A stretch of DNA of 64,000 bases from Tepidiformaceae bacterium (GCA_965247935.1 CBDFIA010000002.1:3139327-3203326), one strand, 5' to 3'; counted from the stretch's first letter, positions 18,347-27,303 are shown. Notes: generated by a model from the letters alone, not told the origin. Made by a program: numbers and translations.

Positions 18347-21057
18347 CGGCCCAGGGCGGCGAGGCGCTCGCGCAGGCCCGCGGCGCGGACCTGCGCCTGC
18401 TCCAGACGGTCACGCTCGCCCTGGATGACCGCGGCCGGAGCCTTTGCGAGGAAGCGCTCGTTCTGAAGCTGCCCTTCGAGACGCTGGATCTGCCCCTCGG
18501 CCTCGGCGAGCTCCTTCTCGAGCCGCTCCCGTTCCGCAGCCGTATCGACCTCGGGCAGGGCGAGTGCGATCTCGGTCTCTCCGACCCTAGCGAAGGCGTA
18601 CTCGCCTTCGGGCAGAAGCGCATCGACGCCGATGACCTGGGGCTCGACCCGTGACGTAAACGCGGTCGCCGCCGCGGTCTCCGAGAGGGCATCGGCAAAG
18701 GCCTCGGCGCGGAGATGCACGGCTAGGCGCGCGCCCGCCTCCACCTGTTTCTCGGCGCGGAGGTTGCGGATGGCGCGGTTCACGTCGATGACGTGCGTCA
18801 TTGCGGCCTCGGCGGCGGCGTCCCGCCAGATGTTCGCGCTCTTGGGATACCAGGCGACGATCAGCGCTTCGGCGAAGTCATCGTCGATGTGCTCGCGCAA
18901 GGTCCCCCAGAGCTCCTCGGTGACGAAGGGCATGATCGGGTGCAGGAGGCGCAGGCCGTGGTCGAGCACGTGGGCGAGGACGGACAGCGGCCGCTCGTCG
19001 CCTTCGTTGAGGCGCACCTTGCTCATCTCCACGTACCAGTCCGCGAGCTCGTTCCAGAGGAAGTCCTGGATGCGCCGCCCGGCCTCGCCGAGCTGGTAGG
19101 CGCGCAGGAGCGAGTCCACGTCGCGCTCTAGACCTTCGAGTCGCGAGAGCAACCAGCGGTCCTCGATCGCGAACGACTCGCGGTCGGATTGATGCGGGCG
19201 CCGCACGCGCCGGCCTTCGAGCTTCATGAGGACGTAGCGCGCGGTGTTCCAGAGCTTGTTCGCGAAGTTCCGAGCCGCAACCATGCGTTCTTCGCTGTAC
19301 TTGGAGTCCTGGCCGAGCGTCGATCCCGTGAGCAGACCGAAGCGGAAGGCATCGGCGCCGTAGGTACCCGCGGCGACTAGGGGGTCGACCACGTTCCCTC
19401 GCGACTTCGTCATCTTTTCGCCCGTCTTAGGGTCGCGGATGAGGCCGTGGAAGAGGACGGTGCGGAAAGGGACGTCGCCGTCCGGTGCCTGCTCGCGCAT
19501 GTTGTAGAGCCCGAACATCACCATCCTCGCGCACCAGAAGAACATGATGTCGTAGCCCATCTGCATGTCGGTGGTGGGGTAGAAGTAGCGCAGCTCCTCG
19601 GTGTCTTCGGGCCAGCCCAGGTCGGCGTGCGTCGCCAGCGCGGAGGAGAACCAGGTATCGAGGACGTCCTCCTCCTGCGTCAGCGCGACGCCCCCGCACT
19701 GGGGGCAGGCGCTGGGCTCGTCGACCTCGACGATCACCTCGCCGCATTCGCAGTACCAGACCGGGATCTGGTGCCCCCACCAGAGCTGGCGGCTGATGCA
19801 CCAATCGCGGATGTTGTCGGTCCAGTTCAGGAACGTGCGGGCGAAGCGCGCCGGGACGACATCGATGCGCTCGTCGCGGATAGCCGCTCCGGCGGCGCTC
19901 GCAAGGGATACGCCGGGGCGGTATTCCTTGTTTACGGCCACCCACCACTGTTCGCTGGGGATCGGCTCGATCACCGACTCGCAGCGGCTGCAGTGGCCGA
20001 CGCTGTGGGTGTAGTCCTCCGTGCGTTCGAGGAAACCGCCGTCCTCGAGGTCCCGCACGATCGCGGTGCGCGCCGCGGTTGCCTCCAGGCCGGCGTAGGG
20101 CCCGGCCTCGTCGTTCATGCGGCCGTCGCGGTCGATCGCGACGATCACCTCGAGGTCGTGGCGCTGGCCGATCTCCCAGTCCAGGGGGTCGTGCCCGGGC
20201 GTCACCTTGAGCGCACCGGTGCCGAACTCGGGCTTGATTGCCTCGTCCGTGATAACAGGGAGCTCGCGCCCGATGATCGGCAGGAGCACGGTCCTTCCGA
20301 TCTTGTCTTCGTAGCGCTCGTCGTCCGGATGCACGGCGAGGGCGGTGTCGGCGACCATCGTCTCGGGACGCACCGTCGCGATGAGGATGGCGTCGGGCAG
20401 GGCCATGCCGCCTTCGCCGACGACGGGATAACGGATGTAGTAGAGGCTCGCCTGCTCCTCGACGAAGTCGACTTCGAGGTCGCTGAGCGCCGTCGCGCAG
20501 CGCGGGCACCAGTTGATCATGCGCAGGCCGCGATAGATGAGGCCGTCGCGGTAGAGGTCCACGAAGGTCCTGCGCACGGCTCGTACGATCTGCGGATCGA
20601 GCGTGAAGACGTCGCGGCTCCAGTCCGCGCTGGCGCCGAGCTTGCGGTGTTGTTCGTAGATTCGCGGCCGCAGCTTCCGCACCCATTGCCAGGTGCGCTC
20701 CTCGAAGGCCTCGCGGCCGATGCCCTCGCGGTCGAGGCCCTCCTTCTGCAGTTCGCGCTCGATCACGTTCTGGGTGGCGATCCCGGCGTGGTCCTCGCCC
20801 GGCAGCCAGAGGGTGGGCTCGCCCTGCATGCGGTGCCAGCGCACGAGCGTGTCCGTGATCGCGTCTTCGAGGCCGTGGCCGAGATGGAGCTCGCCGGTCA
20901 CGTTCGGTGGTGGCATGACGATGCTGTAAGGCGCCTCGCCGGGGACGACGCGCGCGCGGAAGTAGCCGCCGTCCTCCCAAAAGGCGTAGATGCGGTCCTC
21001 GACCGCGCGTGGCTCATAGGCAGAAGCGAGCCGCGTGCTCGCTGGCGCGTCGCTCAT
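18343..21057 (-). CDS. valS: valine--tRNA ligase
   Basis: 904 aa. HLGH and KMTKS class-I motifs, an editing domain and a C-terminal coiled coil. GAGGA lies 8 nt upstream of the ATG. Confidence 0.97.
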   Translation of the reverse strand: MSDAPASTRLASAYEPRAVEDRIYAFWEDGGYFRARVVPGEAPYSIVMPPPNVTGELHLGHGLEDAITDTLVRWHRMQGEPTLWLPGEDHAGIATQNVIERELQKEGLDREGIGREAFEERTWQWVRKLRPRIYEQHRKLGASADWSRDVFTLDPQIVRAVRRTFVDLYRDGLIYRGLRMINWCPRCATALSDLEVDFVEEQASLYYIRYPVVGEGGMALPDAILIATVRPETMVADTALAVHPDDERYEDKIGRTVLLPIIGRELPVITDEAIKPEFGTGALKVTPGHDPLDWEIGQRHDLEVIVAIDRDGRMNDEAGPYAGLEATAARTAIVRDLEDGGFLERTEDYTHSVGHCSRCESVIEPIPSEQWWVAVNKEYRPGVSLASAAGAAIRDERIDVVPARFARTFLNWTDNIRDWCISRQLWWGHQIPVWYCECGEVIVEVDEPSACPQCGGVALTQEEDVLDTWFSSALATHADLGWPEDTEELRYFYPTTDMQMGYDIMFFWCARMVMFGLYNMREQAPDGDVPFRTVLFHGLIRDPKTGEKMTKSRGNVVDPLVAAGTYGADAFRFGLLTGSTLGQDSKYSEERMVAARNFANKLWNTARYVLMKLEGRRVRRPHQSDRESFAIEDRWLLSRLEGLERDVDSLLRAYQLGEAGRRIQDFLWNELADWYVEMSKVRLNEGDERPLSVLAHVLDHGLRLLHPIMPFVTEELWGTLREHIDDDFAEALIVAWYPKSANIWRDAAAEAAMTHVIDVNRAIRNLRAEKQVEAGARLAVHLRAEAFADALSETAAATAFTSRVEPQVIGVDALLPEGEYAFARVGETEIALALPEVDTAAERERLEKELAEAEGQIQRLEGQLQNERFLAKAPAAVIQGERDRLEQAQVRAAGLRERLAALGR

Positions 21058-21210
21058 CGTGCAATCCTCATCGGTGGGGAGCCAAATCCCGCGGGCTGAG
21101 CCTTCAGGGAGAGTGTAGCAGCCCCTGCGCGCGGGCCCGCACCAGTGGTAGGTTCGCGAAATTGCTGAACGAACTGAGGCCAGAAGGTCGGGTGGTGGCC
21201 GGGCCTAGGG

Positions 21211-22269
21211 GTGAGATCCGGCGGAGCAGTGGGGACCATGCCGCGACAGACTCCGCCGCACAGCAGACGGGCACCTCTCAAGATCAGCCGGCGGACCTTT
21301 CTGACCGGTGCCGTCACGGCCGGCGCAGGGGCGGGCGCGCTTCTCACTGGCTGTGGCGGGGACATTCAGCCGCCGAGACTTGGCCCGAGTGAGAGATTCC
21401 TCCAAGAGTTCGAGGTCTGGGTCTTCACGGCAATGATCCCCGAGCCCACCCGGTCGCTGTACTACAGCGTCGACGCCGCAGGCAGGACGCGGGACCCTGG
21501 AATCGGCCTCGAGATTTCGGACCAGGCTTGGCTCGCCTCCGACCATCAGCTGGCGATGCGCTCACTGATGGATGCGTCTGTGTGGCCCAGCGGCCGCTGG
21601 CACATCGTGCGCGACCTCCTTGGCACCGGGACAATGGACAACCTCCGTGGCGCTTGGCACGGCGGGGGCGTGAAACACATCGAGGCGATCGAAGCGGGTC
21701 TCAATCCGCTGAATCCGGTCGAACTCAATTCCGGACGTACCTCTCGGCGGCATCTCGTCGTCTTCAACGGGACGAACGGTCCTGGATGGACGACGGGCGC
21801 GGTGAGCTGTCTGTTCGTATACCACACGGCCAGGGCGGCCGGCTACGAAGACGCCGATGTCTCGCTGTTACTTCGGACGCATGAGGAACCCAATCCCGAA
21901 GTGATCGAGCTGAGAGGTCAGAACATGATGCGCTTCCCCACCGCTCCCCGCATCGACGTTGCAGACTCTTTGGTGACACGCCCTCGGGTAGTCGAGGCGA
22001 TCAAGGGAGTATCCGCGAGATCGGAGGATCTGATTACGATCTGGTACTCGGGCCACGGGAGCACCGACGCCCTAGCCGTAACAGTCCCGGACGGGTTCAT
22101 TGATCAAGACGCCCTTGGTGTCGCTCTCTCTTCGAAAGACTACGCCTACCTGATAGTGGTGAACGATTCCAGCGAATCAGATGGCTTCAACGCTGGATTG
22201 ACTTTATCGGGAAACATACTATCTGTCGTTCTCAATCCAAGTTCAGAGACGATTACTTTAGAGAATTAG
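21211..22269 (+). CDS. Tat-exported lipoprotein with a caspase-like (clan CD) fold; predicted nucleophile Cys replaced by Ser
   Basis: SRRTFLTG twin-arginine motif and LTGC lipobox. ITIWYSGHGS matches the caspase His-Gly element. LIVVNDSSESDG sits where DxCHSG is expected. The 3' end becomes AT-rich. Confidence 0.6.
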   Translation: MRSGGAVGTMPRQTPPHSRRAPLKISRRTFLTGAVTAGAGAGALLTGCGGDIQPPRLGPSERFLQEFEVWVFTAMIPEPTRSLYYSVDAAGRTRDPGIGLEISDQAWLASDHQLAMRSLMDASVWPSGRWHIVRDLLGTGTMDNLRGAWHGGGVKHIEAIEAGLNPLNPVELNSGRTSRRHLVVFNGTNGPGWTTGAVSCLFVYHTARAAGYEDADVSLLLRTHEEPNPEVIELRGQNMMRFPTAPRIDVADSLVTRPRVVEAIKGVSARSEDLITIWYSGHGSTDALAVTVPDGFIDQDALGVALSSKDYAYLIVVNDSSESDGFNAGLTLSGNILSVVLNPSSETITLEN

Positions 22270-22308
22270 TCGATAATATTGGCGTCGAATCTGTTCGGGA
22301 GGGAAAGT

Positions 22309-22515
22309 ATGGCAACAGCAGGACCGGACGAATACTACCTGAGGAACTTTCGAGATGGTGAGCTGGTGAGGAGGTATGTGTGCGACGTTACCGACGAAGG
22401 AGGAGAGCCCGTTCTGTCTGGAGACTTGGGCCCGGCACTGTGGTTGAATCCGTTCAGGTCGATTGCCCCAAAAGGGTACGACGACATCCCGGGGCACGGG
22501 CCGTCGGTGACCTAA
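22309..22515 (+). CDS. small hypothetical protein (68 aa)
   Basis: ATG at 22309 lies 5 nt downstream of GGGAGGG. Located in AT-rich sequence (about 41% GC over 22201-22320 by hand count). No family recognised. Confidence 0.4.
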   Translation: MATAGPDEYYLRNFRDGELVRRYVCDVTDEGGEPVLSGDLGPALWLNPFRSIAPKGYDDIPGHGPSVT

Positions 22516-22557
22516 GTAGCGGTGCCGGAATCGGGAGGGAACGGCTTAGCGAGCCTT

Positions 22558-22586
22558 GGCTAGCTAGCTAGAACTAGTTGCTAGCC
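22558..22586. terminator. CTAG-rich hairpin between convergent genes (possible bidirectional terminator)
   Basis: GGCTAGC (22558-22564) pairs with GCTAGCC (22580-22586). The loop contains the palindrome AACTAGTT. The stop codon of the ImuB-like gene lies in the 3' arm. No U-tract is present. Confidence 0.3.
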
Positions 22587-23504
22587 GGCCGCGGTGAGCT
22601 CGGGCTCGCGGAGCGCGTGGGCGGGCTGGGGAACGGTGGTGACTGGCTCGTCCGTGCGCTCAACGATCGCGGGCGAGAGTCGCCCGACCTCGATCACGAT
22701 CGCGTCTGCGCCTTCGAGCAGCGGCCCCTCGTCGAGGGGGCCGGCGAGAAGCCGCTCCATTTCGGCGACGGTCGCGACGGGGGTCTCGGAGCGGAGCTGG
22801 ACCTGCGCTCGGCGCGCCGCTCCCACCGTGAGCGTGAGCTCGCGGAAGCCTTGGCCGTTGACGACGAGCAATGCCGCCAGCCGCGCGAGGACGCGCCGCA
22901 GACGCATCCGGGCCTCGGCTTGCGCCAACGGCCCGGGGAAGGTGGCGCGGGCGGTGAGCATCGATCCCCGTCGATCGCGGATCGGCGGTTCTGCGGCCAC
23001 CTCGCCGTCATCCGGGAGAACGGCCGGGCGCAGGCGCGCGGCCCGGGCCGCCTGCAGGGCGGCGCCGCGGCCGCTCGCGACGGCGGCGCGGACCTCGAAG
23101 CCGCTCCAGGTGGCAGCGATGCCAGCGAGCCGCTCCGCGGCCGCGGCTTCGCTGCCGAAGCGCTCCGCAAGCCCCCTGATGTCGAGGAAGAGGTGGTTGC
23201 GCCCGCCGACCTCCACAAGCGGCGTGCCCTGCTTGCGCAGGATGCCCGCCAGGCGTTCGAGCTCGTCGAGGCAGGCACCGAGGTTGTCGGGAAGGAACAC
23301 CGCTCGGGGACAGCGCCTGCGCGCCTGCGCGGCGGGGATGCCCGTGAGGGCGGCCCTGCCAGGCTCCCCGCCCGCGGCCTCGACCACGGTCGCGCGGTCG
23401 CCACTGCCCGCGAGCACGACCAGTGGCTGGCGTTCGAGCTGCGGCTTCCGCCGCAGTGCCAGCTGCACGCTGATTTTGGGGATGTAGAGGCAGAGGGTCC
23501 GCAT
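22581..23504 (-). CDS. ImuB-like Y-family polymerase homolog, short (307 aa), lacking N-terminal catalytic acidic residues
   Basis: MRTLCLYIPKISVQLALRR resembles ImuB N-termini and has no DxD. LFLDIRGLAERFGSE is palm-like. The gene is preceded by an SOS box and a TATATT -10-like hexamer 7 nt from the ATG. Confidence 0.65.
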   Translation of the reverse strand: MRTLCLYIPKISVQLALRRKPQLERQPLVVLAGSGDRATVVEAAGGEPGRAALTGIPAAQARRRCPRAVFLPDNLGACLDELERLAGILRKQGTPLVEVGGRNHLFLDIRGLAERFGSEAAAAERLAGIAATWSGFEVRAAVASGRGAALQAARAARLRPAVLPDDGEVAAEPPIRDRRGSMLTARATFPGPLAQAEARMRLRRVLARLAALLVVNGQGFRELTLTVGAARRAQVQLRSETPVATVAEMERLLAGPLDEGPLLEGADAIVIEVGRLSPAIVERTDEPVTTVPQPAHALREPELTAAG

Positions 23505-23514
23505 GATCACAATA

Positions 23515-23530
23515 TAGAACGTATGTTCTA
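23515..23530 (-). promoter_or_regulatory. predicted LexA operator (Cheo-type SOS box), TAGAAC-N4-GTTCTA
   Basis: A perfect 6+6 inverted repeat with a GAAC-N4-GTTC core, 10 nt upstream of the ImuB-like ATG and overlapping a -10-like TATATT. It is AT-rich in a ~69% GC context. Confidence 0.7.
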
Positions 23531-23617
23531 TTCGCGCAAGACTTGCCCCCGGCAAGCGACGAGCCGCGGCCTGGCAGTGATCAGAGACGTTGGTGATAGA
23601 CGGCCGGACCCTTTGGC

Positions 23618-25577
23618 TCAACGTTGTGAGGTCGGTGCGCTGCGCCGGCGCAGGCCGATCGCACCCAGCGATCCACTCAGCACGAGCAACGCAATTGCGA
23701 ACAGGAGCGAGAACCCCGGATCGGTCACGCTGAAGCCGCCGCCTGTGTCCGGCGGGAGCGGGGCGACGCGCCCCGAATCGGGTGTGCTCGTGGCAGTGGG
23801 TTCCGTTGTCCCCGTCGGTGGTGGGCTGGTCGCGGTGGCCGTCGGAACGGGGGTCGCGGTCGCGGTCGGCGTGGCGGTGATCGAGGTGCCGCCGCCCGCG
23901 GTCGAGATCCCGCGGTAGTGGCTGGGGTCGGAGTCGGCGCGGTGCCCGATCGCTGAGTTCCCGCGCACGTGGCCGACGTTCACGTAGAGCCCCTCGACGG
24001 CGACGCTGCTGGCGCTGCACGTCGTCGAAGCGCCGGGCGCGAGCGTGCCGATCACGCAGATCAGCCCGCGCACGTCGTCCGTCACCTCGACGTTCGTCAG
24101 CGCGAGCGTGCCCGTGTTCGTCACGACGTACGTCCAAGTCACCGCCGTCCCCAGGGGGATGAGGTTCTGCGGGCTGAGCGTGTCGGCGTCGACGCCGTTC
24201 GTCGCCTTCTCGATGTCGATCGCGGCGGTCGAGCCGAGGTAGTGGCTGGGGTCGCTGTCACTGACGACCTCGTCGAGTGGCGTGAGGCCCGTGACCGTGG
24301 CGACGTTCGCGTACTGGCCGAGGACGACAGGCGCGCTGGCGCTGCAGGTCATAGACGCAAACGGCCCGAGGACCGTCGCGGGGCAGGCGATCACGCCGAG
24401 CTGGTCGTCGCTGAGGGCGATTTCGGTGATCGTGGTGTCGGCCAGATTCGTGACGACGTAGGTCCAAGACGACATCGACGCCGGTGCCGAAGGCCACGAC
24501 CGGGCCGGTGGGGGTGTCGGCGTCCTGGCCGTTGGTGGCCTTCTCGAGGACGAGCGGTTCGATGTTCGTGAAGGTGCAGGTCACGGTCTCGCCGGGGTCG
24601 AGGTCGATCGTCGCGTGCGAGCAGCGGTCGTGGTCCCACCGTCGGGGTCGGTACACGAGAGCGAGGCGAAGAAGCCCGTGCCTCCCAACTCCGTTACCGA
24701 GTAGGGGCCGGCTGGGATGTCGGCGTAGGTCTGCGTGTTCGGGAGGGTGGCCTCGGCGTCGTCGTCGAGCTCGAAGGTCGCGGGCAGGAGGCCACCCGTG
24801 GTCGTGAAGCTGAAGTCCCGGGGACCGTTGGGTTGGGTGTCCTTGACGATGGTGATGGAGCCCACGCCAGCGCCATACTTGGCTACAAAGATCTCATCAG
24901 AGCCCGCACTGGTGAGGGTGGTTGCGTTCGTCTCCCCCGCACCAAAGGTGGCCGAAACCGCGAAAAAACCCGTGACATAGCTATTGCCCGAAACATCCAC
25001 CGCGATGCCAAGGCCCTCGTCAAAATCTGTGCCGCCCGCCCGCTTGGCCCAGACCAGGTCGCCGGAGGCATCATACTTCGCCACAAAGATGTCATCATCG
25101 CCCGCACTGATGAGGGTGGTTGCGTTCGTCTCCCCCGCGCCAAAGATCGCCGAACCACCGAAAAAAACCCGTGACATTTTTAAGCTATTGCCCGCACCAT
25201 CCACCGCGATGCCATTGCCGGCGTCAAAACCTGTCCCGCCCGCCCGCTTGGCCCAGACCAGGTCGCAGGAGGCATCATACTTGGCCACAAAGATGTCAAA
25301 TATGCCCGCACTGGTGAGGGTGGTTGCGTTCGTCTCCCCCGCGCCAAAGGTCGCCGAACTACCGAAAAAACCCGTGACATTTTTAGCTATTTCCCGCACC
25401 ATCCAGCGCGATGCTATTGCCCACGTCAGTACCTGTGCCGCCCGCCCGCTTGGCCCAGGCCAGATCGCCTGGCGCGGCGGCCTGCGCGTCGCCGGGGCGC
25501 TCGGCCAGGACTGTGACCACGGCGAAGAGGAGCAGCGCTGGCGCCAGCCAGCACCACTTGCGAATCGAACTGGGCAT
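23618..25577 (-). pseudogene. surface protein gene (signal peptide, SBBP beta-propeller repeats, DUF11-type repeat domains, Thr/Pro linker, C-terminal sorting signal) disrupted by at least 4 indels
   Basis: Four consecutive ORF pieces in different frames read as one protein: 25383..25577, 24581..25390, about 24480..24650, and 23618..24475. The C-terminus is LPPDTGGG...PGF plus a TM segment plus RRR. Confidence 0.75.
24880..25470 (-). repeat. about 198-bp tandem DNA repeats (about 3 units) encoding SBBP repeats
   Basis: Long near-identical strings recur, for example gcccgcactggtgagggtggttgcgttcgtctcccccgc and ccgcccgcccgcttggcccagaccaggtcgc. Confidence 0.85.
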
Positions 25578-25838
25578 GCGCTCATCCCTCAATCTTCGCC
25601 AAGGATCCGTCACCGGGGCAGGCCGTGGCCCGCAGCCGCCCGGATGCTACAGCGGCAGCAAGGTGGCAGCCATGCGCCGCGGGAAGCGGTCGCTCGGACC
25701 ACCGACCGGGTCCAGTCGCCAGCGGCGCGAAACACGGCTGGCGAGACACGAGGAGATAGGGTGTTCGGGGGTCCTACGAGCAGCACCGGGGACCCGGCTC
25801 CTCTCGGTCCTTGTAGGCGCGCAGAAGTCCTGAGGCGA

Positions 25839-26825
25839 CTACATCGCGAGCAGGCGGCGGCTCGCTTCCGCGAGCGTCGCGTCCGACTTCGAGAACGTGA
25901 AGCGGACGAAGCGGGAGCCCGCTTCGGCGTCATCGTAGAAGCTCGAGCCGGGCACCGGGGCGACGCCCGTGCGCTCGATCATCCGCAGCGCGAAGGCCGT
26001 GTCGTCGCCCTCGAAGCCGAGGTCGCGGAAGTCGGCCATCACGTAGTAGGCCCCGGCCGGGCTGTGGCAGGTGAAGCCTGCCTCTCGCAGCGAGACCAAG
26101 AGCCTGTCGCGCTTCGCCGCGTACATCGTCCGGAGCTCCGGGTAGTAGGCCTCGCCCTGCTCGATCGCGACGGCCGCGGCCTGCTGCAGGGGTGCCGGTG
26201 CGCCCACGGTGAGGAAGTCGTGGACCTTGCGCACGGCCTCGCTCAACGCGGGCGGCGCGACGACGTACCCCAACCGCCAGCCGGTGATGCTGAACGTCTT
26301 CGAGAGCCCGCTGATGCAGACGGTGCGTTCGTACATCCCCGGCAGCGTCGCCATCGGCACGTGCTCGTACTGGTCGAAGGTGAAGCCGAGCCCGTGGAGC
26401 GTGACGAAGCGCAGAGTGGCGCCGCTCATGGCGGCGTCGGGGACGTAGTTCTCGTAGTAGGGCTCGAAGACGATGACCTCGTCGCCGGGCTCCACGAAGG
26501 CAAGCATCGTCGCCATCATCGCTTCAGTCGCGCCACAAGTGACCGTGACCTCGCGCTCGGGGTCGACTTCGAGGCCGTAGTGCCGCCGGACTTTCTCCGC
26601 GATGGCGTTGCGGAGACGCGGATCGCCCCAGGTGATGGCGTACTGGTTGACGTCGGCCGCGATCGCTTCGATGGCGGCGCGTTTGACGAAATCGGGCGCG
26701 GGGAAATCGGGGAAGCCTTGGGCCAGGTTGATCGCACCGTGTTCGAGGGCGAGGCGCGTCATCTCGCGGATCACCGATTCGGAGAAGACCTCGGTGCGCG
26801 CGGCGACGAAGGGGCGTGGGGCCAT
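25839..26825 (-). pseudogene. class I/II PLP aminotransferase (YbdL/kynurenine-aminotransferase-like) with an in-frame internal deletion
   Basis: The SKTFSITGWRLGY Lys motif is present. Only about 33 aa separate the RFVTL strand from SKTF, versus about 90 aa in the intact paralog at 62338. No NPxNPTG or DEVY motifs. 328 aa instead of about 385. Confidence 0.55.
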
Positions 26826-26880
26826 GCCCGCGATCCTAGTCGATGGTCGTCCACCGCTCACGCGGGCCGAGCGACGACGC

Positions 26881-27303
26881 TTACGAAGCGGGTTCTCGTA
26901 AGAGCACGATCGGGATCTCGCGGTCCGTCTTCGTCTCGTAGCCGGCGTACTGGTCGGAGGCGGCCTTGAACTGATCGTAGAGCCGCCTGCGGTCCTCGGC
27001 GCCGGCCGTCTCGGCGGCCATCGCGCGCTTCCCCGCGCGCGTTTTCACCTCGACCGTGGGGTTGGCGGTGAGATTCATTTACCACGCCGGATGGCGCGGC
27101 CCGCCCGCCGCTGAGGCGGCGAGCGCGAGCGCGTCGGCATCCTCGAGGTAGAGGAGGGGCATGGTCCGCTGTTTTCCCGATTTGCGTCCGGTGGTCGTGA
27201 GCAGCAAGGCGGGGAGGCCACCGAGCTTGCCCAGGAAGCGTCCACCGCTGAGGCGGAACATGAAGACGTGGAAGGGTACGAACATGCGCTGGAAGAGGCT
27301 CAT
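26881..27303 (-). pseudogene. F420H2-dependent (DDN-family) nitroreductase-like protein interrupted by an in-frame TAA
   Basis: ORFs 27079..27303 and 26881..27078 are contiguous and in the same frame. The sequence reads HPAW-TAA-MNLTANPTVEV where the family has PxWYxNLxANP. Confidence 0.75.

Noticed and set aside
21058-21210. T-box leader upstream of valS.
   Set aside because: I read the minus-strand leader and found no T-box sequence (AAnnnGGGTGGnACCGCG-like) and no specifier or antiterminator arrangement. The only similar string, GGGTGGTGGCCG, is on the opposite strand.
22558-22600. Cloning-vector polylinker contamination. NheI, SpeI, NheI, EagI, SacII and SacI sites are clustered within ~45 nt.
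   Set aside because: The GC-rich sites (CGGCCG, CCGCGG, GAGCTC) lie inside the native ImuB-like coding sequence and are common in this genome. No vector-like sequence flanks the region. Only the CTAG-rich palindrome is unusual, and it is reported as a finding.
27079-27081. Programmed recoding or read-through of the in-frame TAA in the DDN-family gene.
   Set aside because: No recoding signals were recognised. Other genes in the window end in ordinary stop codons. The neighbourhood is full of other inactivating lesions, so a plain nonsense mutation is the simpler explanation.
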